A stretch of 53,512 nucleotides of DNA, from the IMG/VR virus record IMGVR_UViG_3300020156_000445, positions 1 to 53,512 of that record. One strand, written 5' to 3'. Origin of the DNA: a virus. Lineage: Duplodnaviria; Caudoviricetes. Numbering within the stretch: the first letter of the stretch is position 1; every line of letters begins with the position of its first letter. Positions 26,348 through 35,730 of the stretch are shown piece after piece. The notes beneath the pieces are model-generated. The model was not told where the DNA came from and did not search any database. It was given only the letters and a program-made list of their open reading frames with translations. Made by a program: the position numbers and the translations under genes.

Positions 26348-26466
26348 CCGAGGTCACGCGGTGGTACGGGTGGGGACCGCGCGACGCGTGGTCCCTCACC
26401 TGGACCGAGCTGTGCTGGTGGAACGATCAGGCCCTGCGGATGATCAAGGTGGCGCGCGATGGCTAA
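26305..26466 (+). CDS. -1 frameshift extension (gpE'-like) of the tail chaperone
   Basis: G GTT TTT slippery site; -1 frame reads WRDVLAEVTRWYGWGPRDAWSLTWTELCWWNDQA, matching the P2 gpE' pattern; no own start codon. Confidence 0.8.
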   Translation, partial: GFSGGWPGNWRDVLAEVTRWYGWGPRDAWSLTWTELCWWNDQALRMIKVARDG

Positions 26467-28456
26467 CCAGTTCCAGATCGTCATCACGGCGAAGGACCAG
26501 GCGTCCGCCGCCGTCGGCAAGGTGACGTCGGCGCTCGGCCGGGTGCGCGGGCCGATCGCCGGCATCAGCTCGGCCGTCGAGCGCCTGGGCGAAACCACCG
26601 GCTTGGCCTCCCTCGGGCGCGGCCTGTCCAGCCTCGGCGGCTTGGCCCGCGACACGGCGGGCAACCTCGGCGTGCTCGGCGGCTCGATGGGGGCCGTCGC
26701 CGGGGCCGGCACCGTCGCCGGGGTGGCGACCCTGGTGAACCACTGGGGGCAGGTCGGCGTCGCCACCGCCAACGCCGCCGGCGGCATCGGCATCGCCGCC
26801 GGGCGGCTGCGCACGCTCCAGGGCGCCGCCGGGCTCGCTGGCCTGTCGGCGGAGAGCATGGCGGGCAGCCTGGGCGCGCTGGCGGCGACGCTCCAGGACG
26901 CCGCCTTCGGCCGGAACCCCGAGGCCGCGGCGATGATGAACACGCTGGGCATGCGTCTTCACCGGACCGCCTCCGGCGCCGTGGACGCGGAGCGGGCCAT
27001 GGGCGATCTGGCCGAGGCCGTATCGCGCCAGACGAACCCGCAGACGCAGGCCCGCATCGCGCAGATCTTCGGCGTCGAGGCGCTGTTGCCCATGCTGCGC
27101 AAGGGGCGCAGCGGCTGGCAGGCCTACATGCGCGACATCGAGCGCTATGGCGCCGTCTCGGAGGAGACGCAGAAGCAGTCCGAGCAGCTGGGCGCCTCCA
27201 TCAACCGGCTGAAGGCGGCGGTGTCCGGCGCGGGCACCACGCTGGAGGCCGAATACTCCGGCAAGTTCGGCGGGGCCATCGACCGGACCGCCAAATGGAT
27301 CAGCGAGAACCAGCGGCTGTCCGGCTCCATCGCCGAGGTCGGCCTGGGGCTCGGGGCCATCGCGCTGGCCGCCCGTGCCCATCCGGTCCTGGGGCTGATC
27401 ACCGGCATCGCCGAGGGGGCGCTGCTCATCTACCGGCACTGGGACGGCATCGGCGCCTTCTTCGAGCGCAAGCTGAAGGAGGTCGACGCCGCCTTCAACA
27501 GCTCGGAATGGGGGCGGCGCACCAGCGGCAAAACCCCGAAGGCGGAGCGCGATGCCTACTGGTGGACCTTCGGGCTCGTCGGCAAGGGCGGGATGCTCTA
27601 CGACACGGGGCCGGGCGAACCGGCGGCTCCGCCCAAACCGGACAGCGCCACGCCGGCACCGGCGGCTCCGCCCAAGCCGGACAGCGCCGCGCCGGCGCCG
27701 GCGACGCCGCCCGAGACGCGCCCGTCGATCATCAACGGCTTCCTGATCGGCCGCGCCGAGGCCGCGCCGATGCCCCCGTCAGCGCTCGTGCCGCCGGCCG
27801 CGCCACCGCTGGTCCCGGACCGTCCGGCCGCCGCCGAGGCCCGCCCTCTGGCCGCGCCGGCTCCCGCGGCGGTGGCGCCACCACCGCCGGCCGCTCCCGC
27901 CGCCGCTCCCGCCGCCGCGCACCAGCCGATCGGCATCCGCAACAACAACCCCCTCAACCTGCGCAGCTGGGGCGCCACGCCGCGCGAGGGCGGCTTCGCC
28001 AAGTTCGGCAGCGCCGACGAGGGTCTGGCGGCGGCGGTCAAGAACCTCGGCGCCTACCAGGACCGGCACGGCATCAACACCATCGCCGGCATCATCAACC
28101 GCTGGGCCCCGCCGTCGGACGGCAACAACGTCCCGGCCTACATCAGCCACGTGGCCAAGGAGACCGGGTACCGCCCGGATCAGCCACTCGACCTGCACGA
28201 TCCCAAAACGGTGGCGCCGCTGCTCAGCGCCATGATCAAGCGCGAGAACGGCATGCAGCCGTACGGCCGCGACCAGATCGAGCGGGCGGCGGCCACCGCG
28301 GCGCCGCCGAACGGGGGCGCGCAGCAGCCCATCCAGGTCGACATCCGCTTCTCCGGCAACGTCCCGCCGGGCACCACCGCATCGGTTCCGGGGCAGGACG
28401 GCGCGTTCCAGCCCAGCCGCATCGACTACTCCTTGCCCGACTTCGCGAGGCCCTGA
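26459..28456 (+). CDS. Tape measure protein with C-terminal lysozyme-like domain
   Basis: FQIVITAKDQAS start, Ala/Gly-rich helices, Pro/Ala linker, GIRNNNPLNL..IINRWAPPSD.N..AY. Confidence 0.88.
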   Translation: MANQFQIVITAKDQASAAVGKVTSALGRVRGPIAGISSAVERLGETTGLASLGRGLSSLGGLARDTAGNLGVLGGSMGAVAGAGTVAGVATLVNHWGQVGVATANAAGGIGIAAGRLRTLQGAAGLAGLSAESMAGSLGALAATLQDAAFGRNPEAAAMMNTLGMRLHRTASGAVDAERAMGDLAEAVSRQTNPQTQARIAQIFGVEALLPMLRKGRSGWQAYMRDIERYGAVSEETQKQSEQLGASINRLKAAVSGAGTTLEAEYSGKFGGAIDRTAKWISENQRLSGSIAEVGLGLGAIALAARAHPVLGLITGIAEGALLIYRHWDGIGAFFERKLKEVDAAFNSSEWGRRTSGKTPKAERDAYWWTFGLVGKGGMLYDTGPGEPAAPPKPDSATPAPAAPPKPDSAAPAPATPPETRPSIINGFLIGRAEAAPMPPSALVPPAAPPLVPDRPAAAEARPLAAPAPAAVAPPPPAAPAAAPAAAHQPIGIRNNNPLNLRSWGATPREGGFAKFGSADEGLAAAVKNLGAYQDRHGINTIAGIINRWAPPSDGNNVPAYISHVAKETGYRPDQPLDLHDPKTVAPLLSAMIKRENGMQPYGRDQIERAAATAAPPNGGAQQPIQVDIRFSGNVPPGTTASVPGQDGAFQPSRIDYSLPDFARP

Positions 28457-29895
28457 TGCCCGGACGCAACGCCTACCGCGACCTCGGCGGCGCCCTGAAC
28501 CGTGTCGCCACCGCCGCCGGGCGGCTCGGCGTCGACCTCGCGGGGTTCGACGCCACGGACGCGCCCTGGCACACGCGCCTCCAGAAGGCCTCCTTCCGCG
28601 GCGTGCCGTTCGGCGTCACCGGCTCGGTGTCCGAATTCGGACGGCGCGTCGCCGTCCACGAGTACCCGTACCGGGACTCCGTGTGGGTGGAGGACCTGGG
28701 GCGGGCGCCGCGGCGCATCACCCTCATCGGCTTCCTGGTCGAGAACTCCGCCGTCTACGGCGGCGGCGACCTGCTGGCGCAGCGCGACCGCCTGGTCAAG
28801 GCCTGCGAGACGCCGGGAGAGGCCGAACTGGTGCACCCGTCGCTCGGGCGCCGCTCCGTTGCGCTGCTGCGCTTTCACGTCGTGGAGCGTCGGCGCGAGG
28901 GGCGGGTGTTCGAGTTCGGGATGGAGTTCGTGGAGGCCGGCAAGCTGGAGTTCCCGGCCGCGTCCGCTTCCCTGCGCGACGGCGTGTTCACGGCCGCTGA
29001 CGGTCTCGGCCTCGCCGCCGTGGGCGCCTTTGTGAAGGACATCGGCACGCTGCTGAAGCAGGGCGCCGCCATCGTCCGCCAAGTCGTCGACACGGTGGGC
29101 TTCTACGTCCGCGCCGTGTTCCGCCTCATCGACGACGCGACCAACCTGTACAACGCCGTGCGCGACCTGCCCGGCGCGTTCGGGCGGTTCTTCGGCGGCT
29201 CGAAGGTGAAGGCCCGCCGGCGGAGCGACGCGGCCGGCGCCGCCGCGACCTCCCTCGCGGCCCTGAAGGATCTCGCGGCGACGCGCCGCGCGTCGGTGGC
29301 GGCCGCCGGCGCCACCGCCCTGGCAATTGCCCCGACGCTGTCGGCGGCGTCCACCCCGGCGGCGGCGTCCACCCCGGCGGTGGCGGACAGCGTGGCCGCC
29401 GTGATCGCGGCGACCGCCCGCGCGATCACCAACCCCGCCGACGCGCTGCGCCTGCTGGCGCCGCTGGCCGCCCTGGAGGCGCCCACGACGGGGCCGGCCG
29501 CGGCGGTGACGGCGAGCCTCGTGCGCCGCATCGCCCTGGCCGAGGTGGCGAAGGCGGCGGCGCGGTACGAGCCGCGGTCGTACGACGACGCGGTGGCGGT
29601 GCGCACGCGTGTCGTGGACCTGATCGAGGCCGAACTGGTGCGTGCCGGCGATGCCGGAGAGGACGAGACCTTCATCGCTTTGCGTACGCTGCGCACCGCG
29701 GTGGCCGCCGACCTGACCGAGCGCGGCGCCAGCCTGGCCCGCAAGGTCGAGGTCACGACCGCCCGGCCGCTGCCGGCGCTGGTGCTGGCCCACCGGCTTT
29801 ACCAGGATCTCGAGCGCGCCGACGAACTGGTGGAAGAGGCCGCCCCCGTCCATCCGGCCTTCATGCCGGTGACGTTCCGCGCGCTGGCGGAGTGA
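28456..29895 (+). CDS. Mu-like DNA circularization protein (gpN family)
   Basis: ASFRGVPF, HEYPYRD..VEDLGR, LVHP, PALVLAHRLYQD..HPAFMP. Confidence 0.93.
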   Translation: MPGRNAYRDLGGALNRVATAAGRLGVDLAGFDATDAPWHTRLQKASFRGVPFGVTGSVSEFGRRVAVHEYPYRDSVWVEDLGRAPRRITLIGFLVENSAVYGGGDLLAQRDRLVKACETPGEAELVHPSLGRRSVALLRFHVVERRREGRVFEFGMEFVEAGKLEFPAASASLRDGVFTAADGLGLAAVGAFVKDIGTLLKQGAAIVRQVVDTVGFYVRAVFRLIDDATNLYNAVRDLPGAFGRFFGGSKVKARRRSDAAGAAATSLAALKDLAATRRASVAAAGATALAIAPTLSAASTPAAASTPAVADSVAAVIAATARAITNPADALRLLAPLAALEAPTTGPAAAVTASLVRRIALAEVAKAAARYEPRSYDDAVAVRTRVVDLIEAELVRAGDAGEDETFIALRTLRTAVAADLTERGASLARKVEVTTARPLPALVLAHRLYQDLERADELVEEAAPVHPAFMPVTFRALAE

Positions 29896-29898
29896 GCC

Positions 29899-30972
29899 AT
29901 GGCCGACGACCTGACCCTGGTGATCGGCGGCCGCGCCGGCCGCACGCTGTCCGGCTGGCAGCAGGTGCGCGTGACCCGCGGCATCGAGCGCCTGCCCAGC
30001 GACTTCGACATCGCCTTCACCGAACGCTTCCCCGGCGAAGCGGCGAGCGTCGTCGTCCGGCCGGGCGACGAATGCCAGGTGCTGCTCGGCAAGGACCCGG
30101 TGGTGACCGGCTACGTGGACCGCTTCATCCCCTCCGTCGACCGCCACGCGCACACGCTGCGCGTCACCGGGCGCGGCAAGTGCCAGGATCTGGTGGACGC
30201 TTCCGCCGAATGGCCCTCGAACCAGATCAGCAGCGCCAGCATCCTGACCATCGCCCGGAAGCTGGCGGAACCGTACGGCATCACGGTTACGGCGCTGAGC
30301 GACGTCGGCAAGCCGATTCCGCAGATCAACCTGCTGTGGGGGGAAACCCCGTTCGCGGTGATCGAGCGCATCGCCCGCACCGAGGCGCTGCTGGCCTACG
30401 ACGGCCCGGACGGCAACCTGATCCTGGCGCGCGTGGGCAACGCCACGCACGCCAGCGGGTTCGAGGAGGGCCGGAACGTCGAGGCCGGGACGGCGCTGTT
30501 CGGCATGGACCAGCGCTTCAGCGAATATGTCGTGCGCACCCTGTCCATGACGCCGGTCGGCGAACTGGGAAGCCTGGGCGACATCAAGGCCATGGTGACG
30601 GACAAGGCCGTCACCCGCAACCGCAAGCGCTACATCATCGTCGAGGCCGGCCTGGACGCCGCCGGGCTGGCGCAGAAGCGCGGGCTCTGGGAGGCGGCGC
30701 GCCGCGCCGGGCGCTCCTACCAGGTGCGCCTCACCGTCGACGGCTGGCGGGACGCCGAGGGCACGCTGTGGACGCCCAACCGGCTCGCCACGGTGTCCAT
30801 GCCGGCGCTGAAGATCCCACAGGTGACATGGGTGATCGCCGAGGTGACCTACCGCCGCGGGGCGCAGGGCACGCAGGCGGACCTCGTTCTCATGCCGCCG
30901 GACGCCTTCGAGCCCGCGCCCATCGTGCTGCTGCCCACCCTTAACGACGTCGTGCCCGGAGCGTCGCCATGA
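29899..30972 (+). CDS. Baseplate hub protein (Mu gp44/gpP family)
   Basis: GWQQVRVTRGIE, TGYVD, GRGKCQDLVDAS, VDGWRD..LWTPN. Confidence 0.93.
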   Translation: MADDLTLVIGGRAGRTLSGWQQVRVTRGIERLPSDFDIAFTERFPGEAASVVVRPGDECQVLLGKDPVVTGYVDRFIPSVDRHAHTLRVTGRGKCQDLVDASAEWPSNQISSASILTIARKLAEPYGITVTALSDVGKPIPQINLLWGETPFAVIERIARTEALLAYDGPDGNLILARVGNATHASGFEEGRNVEAGTALFGMDQRFSEYVVRTLSMTPVGELGSLGDIKAMVTDKAVTRNRKRYIIVEAGLDAAGLAQKRGLWEAARRAGRSYQVRLTVDGWRDAEGTLWTPNRLATVSMPALKIPQVTWVIAEVTYRRGAQGTQADLVLMPPDAFEPAPIVLLPTLNDVVPGASP

Positions 30973-31541
30973 ACCTCGAACAGCTCTACGTCCGTCTGAT
31001 GCTGGCCATCGGCCGGGGGCGGATGACCGCCGTCAACGACGGCGGCAACGCGCAGACCATGCAGGTCCAGCTCGGCACGGACGAGGTGCGGGACGGCACC
31101 CCGCGCCTCGTGGAATACGGCCTGACCTCCGTCCCGCCGGCCGGGACCGATTGCGTGGTGCTGTTCCTGGGCGGCGACCGCAGCACCGGGGTGGTGGTCG
31201 CCACCGGCAACCAGGGCGCCCGGCCGAAGGGGCTCCAGGGCGGGGAGGTGTGTGTGTACGACGACCTGGGCCAGATGGTGCACCTGACGCGCGCGGGTAT
31301 CGTGGTCAAGGGTGCCGGCCGGCCGGTCACCGTCGAGGACACGCCGGAGGTGACGGTCAAGGCCAGCGGGAAGGTGAGGCTGGAAACCCCGCTTCTGGAG
31401 GTGACCGGCGACATCGTCGACAACGCCGGCCGCGGCGGCCGGTCGATGGCCAGCATGCGGGCGGTCTACGACGGGCACACCCACGGCGGCGTCACGCCCG
31501 GCGGCGCCGACACCGCCGTGCCGAACCAACTCCAGGACTAG
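30969..31541 (+). CDS. Baseplate spike protein (Mu gp45/gpV)
   Basis: YGLTSVPPAG, GEVCVYD, C-terminal HTH metal-binding motif (GHTHGGV). Confidence 0.93.
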   Translation: MNLEQLYVRLMLAIGRGRMTAVNDGGNAQTMQVQLGTDEVRDGTPRLVEYGLTSVPPAGTDCVVLFLGGDRSTGVVVATGNQGARPKGLQGGEVCVYDDLGQMVHLTRAGIVVKGAGRPVTVEDTPEVTVKASGKVRLETPLLEVTGDIVDNAGRGGRSMASMRAVYDGHTHGGVTPGGADTAVPNQLQD

Positions 31542-31543
31542 CC

Positions 31544-31978
31544 ATGCCCGACATCATGATCTCCTGGTCCGCGGGCGAGGCCCGCGGCGACTGGTCCCTC
31601 GCGTCCGGCGACCTGGGCACCGGCGACGACCTCGCCACGGCCATCCTGCTGAGCCTCTTCACCGACCGCCTCGCCACCGCCGACGACACGCTGCCGGACG
31701 GCACCGACGACCGGCGCGGCTGGTGGGGCGACCGCGAGATCGGCTCCCGGCTGTGGCTGCTCGACCGCGCCAAGGAAACCGAGGACACGCGCCGGAAGGC
31801 GGGCGACTACATCGCCGAGGCGCTGCAATGGCTGATCGACGACGGCGTGGTGGCGCGCTTCGACATCCGGGTCGAATGGGTGCGCCGCTCCACCCTGGGG
31901 GCCTGGGTGACCGCGCACCGCCGCGACGGCACCTCGACCGCCTACAACTTCGCCTGGGCTTGGCAGGGAGTCGCCTGA
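31544..31978 (+). CDS. Mu gp46-like baseplate protein
   Basis: AILLSLFTDR, RGWWGD, IGSRLWLLDR, EALQWLIDDG. Confidence 0.93.
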   Translation: MPDIMISWSAGEARGDWSLASGDLGTGDDLATAILLSLFTDRLATADDTLPDGTDDRRGWWGDREIGSRLWLLDRAKETEDTRRKAGDYIAEALQWLIDDGVVARFDIRVEWVRRSTLGAWVTAHRRDGTSTAYNFAWAWQGVA

Positions 31979-33078
31979 TGCCGTTCGTCCGTCCCACCCT
32001 CACCGAGATCCGCCGGCAGGTCCAGCAGGACATCGCCGCCGCCGTGGAGGGCGGCGCCAACCTGCTGCGCCGCGCCGTGCTGCACGTCCTGGGCGACGCG
32101 CAGGCGGGTCTGGCGCACCTGCACTACGGCTACCTGGACTGGATCGCCCGGCAGGCCGTGCCGTTCACCTGCACCGACGAGGCGCTGGAGGGGTGGGCCG
32201 CGCTCAAGGGGGTCACGCGCAAGCCGGCCACGGCGGCTGCGGGCACGGTGACGTTCTCGGGCACGCCGGGGGCGCTCATCCCCGCGGGCACCGCCGTGGC
32301 GCGCGCCGCCGATGGGGCCGCCTACACCACCGGGCAGGCCGTGGTCGTCGGCGCCGACGGGTCGGCGGCCGTCGCCGTCACCGCCGACGCCGCTGGCGCG
32401 GCCGGCAACACCGATGCGGGCATGGCCATGACGCTGAGCCAGGCCGTTCCGGGCGTGCAGTCGACCGGCACCGCCGGGACGCTGATCGGCGGGGCGGACG
32501 TCGAGACCGACGAGGATCTGCGCACGCGCATGCTGGAGGTCTACCGGCTTCCCGCGCAGGGCGGCGCCGCCGACGATTATGTGAACTGGGCCTTGTCGGT
32601 GCCGGGCGTCACGCGCGCGTGGTGCGCCCGCAACGGCGTGGGGCTCGGTACTGTGGTCGTCTACGTGATGATGGATGACGCCCAGGCCGCGCACGGCGGC
32701 TTCCCGCAGGGCACCGACGGTACCGCATCGGCGGAAACGCGGGCCGGCCGCGCCACCGGCGACCAGCTCACGGTGGCGGATGCGCTGTGGCCGCTGCAGC
32801 CGGTGACGGCGATCGTCTACGTGGTCGCGCCGGTTCCGGCGCCCGTCGCCTTCACCATCCGCGGGGTGCCGGTCGGGCTGCGGGAGGCGGTGCGGGCGGC
32901 CCTGGTGGAGCGCTTCCGCGAGGACGCCGCGCCCGGGGGTGCCGTGGCCATCGACCGGCTGTGGGACGCGGTGTCGGGCGTCCTGGGCGGCGCGCCCTTC
33001 GACATCGAGAGCCCGACGGACGAGGTGACCACCACCGTCGGGCGCATGCTGACGCTCGGCACGATCACCTGGGAGTGA
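31978..33078 (+). CDS. Baseplate J/gp47 protein
   Basis: MPFVRPTL, GGADVETDEDLRTR, GGAADDYVNWA. Confidence 0.95.
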   Translation: MPFVRPTLTEIRRQVQQDIAAAVEGGANLLRRAVLHVLGDAQAGLAHLHYGYLDWIARQAVPFTCTDEALEGWAALKGVTRKPATAAAGTVTFSGTPGALIPAGTAVARAADGAAYTTGQAVVVGADGSAAVAVTADAAGAAGNTDAGMAMTLSQAVPGVQSTGTAGTLIGGADVETDEDLRTRMLEVYRLPAQGGAADDYVNWALSVPGVTRAWCARNGVGLGTVVVYVMMDDAQAAHGGFPQGTDGTASAETRAGRATGDQLTVADALWPLQPVTAIVYVVAPVPAPVAFTIRGVPVGLREAVRAALVERFREDAAPGGAVAIDRLWDAVSGVLGGAPFDIESPTDEVTTTVGRMLTLGTITWE

Positions 33079-33085
33079 GGCCGCC

Positions 33086-33781
33086 ATGCCGATGCCACGC
33101 TACTCCCGCGCCGACTTCCGCTCGGCTCTGCAAGCCCTGCTGCCGCGCGGCCGCGTCTGGCCCCGTGAGGACGGCAGCGCGCAGGCCCGCGTGCTGGACG
33201 GCCTCGCCGGCGTCTACGAGCGCCAAAGCGCGGACGCCGCAGCGCTGCTGGCCGACGCCTTTCCGCCGACGGCGCAGGACCTGCTGCCGGAGTGGGAGGC
33301 CACGCTGGGACTGGACGGCGGAGCGACGATGCCGGAGCGGCGCTTCGCCGTGATCGCCCGCCTGACGGCGCGCGGCGGGCAGTCGCACCCGTACTTCATC
33401 GGGCTGGCGGAGGCGCTGGGCTTCCCCGGCGCCACGATCACTGACTTCGGCCGCTTCACGGTGGGGGGCGCGTGCACCGCCGCCGTCCGCACGGGATCCT
33501 GGCACCACGTCTGGCTGCTCCACGTGCCGGACGACGGCGGCCTGCGCCGCTTCACGGCGGGGAGCGCGTGCACCCATGCCGTGCGGGCCTGGGGACGGCC
33601 GCTGCTGGAACGCGCCGTGCGCCGCGTGCAGCCGGCGCATACGCTGGTGCGCTTCGGTTACGGCGCCCCGGACCCGGTGGAGGCGCCACGGGTGCCTCGG
33701 CTCGCCGCCACGGTTCTCGCCACCCGCTCGGGTGCGCTTCTGGCCGCCAAGGGCGGCGCTTTGCTGACAGTCAAGGAGTAG
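33086..33781 (+). CDS. YmfQ/gp48-like baseplate protein with C-terminal extension
   Basis: LQALLPRGRVW, LLPEWEATLGL, GGQS..YFI, PAHT, then ~35 extra residues. Confidence 0.9.
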   Translation: MPMPRYSRADFRSALQALLPRGRVWPREDGSAQARVLDGLAGVYERQSADAAALLADAFPPTAQDLLPEWEATLGLDGGATMPERRFAVIARLTARGGQSHPYFIGLAEALGFPGATITDFGRFTVGGACTAAVRTGSWHHVWLLHVPDDGGLRRFTAGSACTHAVRAWGRPLLERAVRRVQPAHTLVRFGYGAPDPVEAPRVPRLAATVLATRSGALLAAKGGALLTVKE

Positions 33782-33786
33782 TGGGC

Positions 33787-35673
33787 ATGGAAAAGGTAGT
33801 CGGGATTTCCGGGCTGGACGAGGCGCTGCCGCTCAGCGGCTTGGAGGTTATCGCCGCCGACCAGGACGAGGCGACGGTGCGCATCCCTCTGGGCGTGCTG
33901 AAGACGTGGATCGCGGCGGGGGTGCTGACCACGGACGGCGACGGTTCGGCGGTCACGGCCAGGGCGACCGGTGGGACGACCACTCGTCTGCTGAGGGACC
34001 GCTTCAGGGACATGCTGAGCGTGCGCGACTTCGGCGCGAAGGGCGACGGGGTGACCGACGACACGGCGGCGTTCCACGCGGCGCGGGACGTGGCCGGCGC
34101 GGCCGGTACGGTGGTGGTGCCGCCGGGCACCTACGCCCTGGGGCCGGTGACGCTGTCGGTGCCGGGGCAGCGGTGGGTGCTGGCGCGCGGCGCCACGCTG
34201 CGCTTGAAGGCGGGGGCCAACGCCGACCTGATTACCGTCACCGCGGATGGCGTCACTATCTGCGGCGATGGCGTTGTCGACGGCAACGCGGCCGGGCAGA
34301 GCGCCGAATGCAGCTGCATCCGCGCGACGTCGGTGGACCGGCTCACCGTGTCCGGCGTCACGGTGCGGGACGCGTCGAACGTGGGCATCCTCATGCACGA
34401 CTGCCCCAACGCGACCCTCCACGGCGTCACGGTCGAGAACACCACCAAAGCGGCCATTGTCGCCTTCTGCGTCAACGTGGACGTGCCCGGCGTCACCATC
34501 GACAAGGTGCACATCGACCGTTCGGGGATCGTCGCCCACAACGGCATCCAACTGGCGACGACCAGCACGACGGGAAAGAAGTTCGTGGGCGGCGCCGTGC
34601 GCAACTGCACGGTCATCCTGCACGAGGAAGGAAGCGGGCTGGGTATCGAGTTCTGGAACGGCGGGCAGGGCATGGTGGCCGTGGGCAACGTCGTGCGCGG
34701 CGGCGCCCACGCGATCAGTTTTGACCGACAGCAACACGGCACCGCGTCCGGCAACACCGTCAGCGGGTACTCCGCCTTCGGCATTGAATTGGCCGCGTGC
34801 GACAACACCACGGTGACCGGAAACACCGCCATCGCGCGTGGGACCGGCAACGTGGGCACCGGCGTGGGGGTCGCGGGGCCGGGCAAGAACAACACGATTT
34901 CCGGGAACACGGCCAAGAACAACCACATCGGCCTGTTCATCATCGACATGATCGGGACGGCCGTGGAAGGGAACGCCGTGGAAGCCAACGGCGCGGGGGC
35001 GACCGGGCTTCGCATCCAAGCTTCGGACCATACTGTGGCGCGCGGCAACGTACTGGACGGCGGTGGCGTGGGCGCCGTCGGAACGGCGTTCATCGACAGT
35101 TCCCACGTGGTTTTCGACGGCAACGTGACCCGCGGGTGGGCGTCGCACTGGTTGCAAATCACCGCCTACAGCCGGAATGTCGATTTCCTTTACATCGGCC
35201 GGAACCCCGTGGCCACAAGTCAAGGCATCGACTACCAGCAGCAGAACGGTTTTTCCATCGGCGAGCACTTCCAGTACGACGCGACCCAGAACTACCCGGC
35301 CCACTACTGGGGAGGCGCCACAGTGTTGGCCAGCGCGTCTTCCCCGGCAAACAACGTGTTGCTTGGCTGGAGTTCCGAGACGCCGAACGGGCGAGTGCAG
35401 GCCGGTGCTGGGTCCATCGTACTGCACAGACATCCGCACGCCGCGCTGAACCACCCGTCCGGGCTCTGGCACAAGACGCAATCGGGGGACGCCGAGGGCT
35501 GGCTTCCGGTGGCGCTGGTGCGCCGCGGCCCCACCGCCAACCGGCCGCTCCGTGCTGACGGATCCGCGCTGACCGCCGACCACACCGGCATGTCCTACTT
35601 CGACACCACGCTCGGAAAGCCGCTCTGGTGGTCCGGCACCGGATGGGTCGATGCCGCGGGCGCGGCGGCGTGA
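33787..35673 (+). CDS. Tailspike-like protein with right-handed beta-helix (pectate-lyase-like depolymerase)
   Basis: SVRDFGAKGDGVTDDTAAF..PPGTY, repeated (V/I)xGN strands, C-terminal YFDTTLGKPLWW..WVDA. Confidence 0.88.
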   Translation: MEKVVGISGLDEALPLSGLEVIAADQDEATVRIPLGVLKTWIAAGVLTTDGDGSAVTARATGGTTTRLLRDRFRDMLSVRDFGAKGDGVTDDTAAFHAARDVAGAAGTVVVPPGTYALGPVTLSVPGQRWVLARGATLRLKAGANADLITVTADGVTICGDGVVDGNAAGQSAECSCIRATSVDRLTVSGVTVRDASNVGILMHDCPNATLHGVTVENTTKAAIVAFCVNVDVPGVTIDKVHIDRSGIVAHNGIQLATTSTTGKKFVGGAVRNCTVILHEEGSGLGIEFWNGGQGMVAVGNVVRGGAHAISFDRQQHGTASGNTVSGYSAFGIELAACDNTTVTGNTAIARGTGNVGTGVGVAGPGKNNTISGNTAKNNHIGLFIIDMIGTAVEGNAVEANGAGATGLRIQASDHTVARGNVLDGGGVGAVGTAFIDSSHVVFDGNVTRGWASHWLQITAYSRNVDFLYIGRNPVATSQGIDYQQQNGFSIGEHFQYDATQNYPAHYWGGATVLASASSPANNVLLGWSSETPNGRVQAGAGSIVLHRHPHAALNHPSGLWHKTQSGDAEGWLPVALVRRGPTANRPLRADGSALTADHTGMSYFDTTLGKPLWWSGTGWVDAAGAAA

Positions 35674-35730
35674 CGCCCCGTTGCCCCATCACAGAACACG
35701 CGTAAAGCATCCAACGATTAGAGGCGGATC

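Noticed and set aside
29343-29378. 18-bp tandem duplication (AASTPA x2) in the DNA circularization gene
   Set aside because: In-frame slippage in a low-complexity linker; no sign of function
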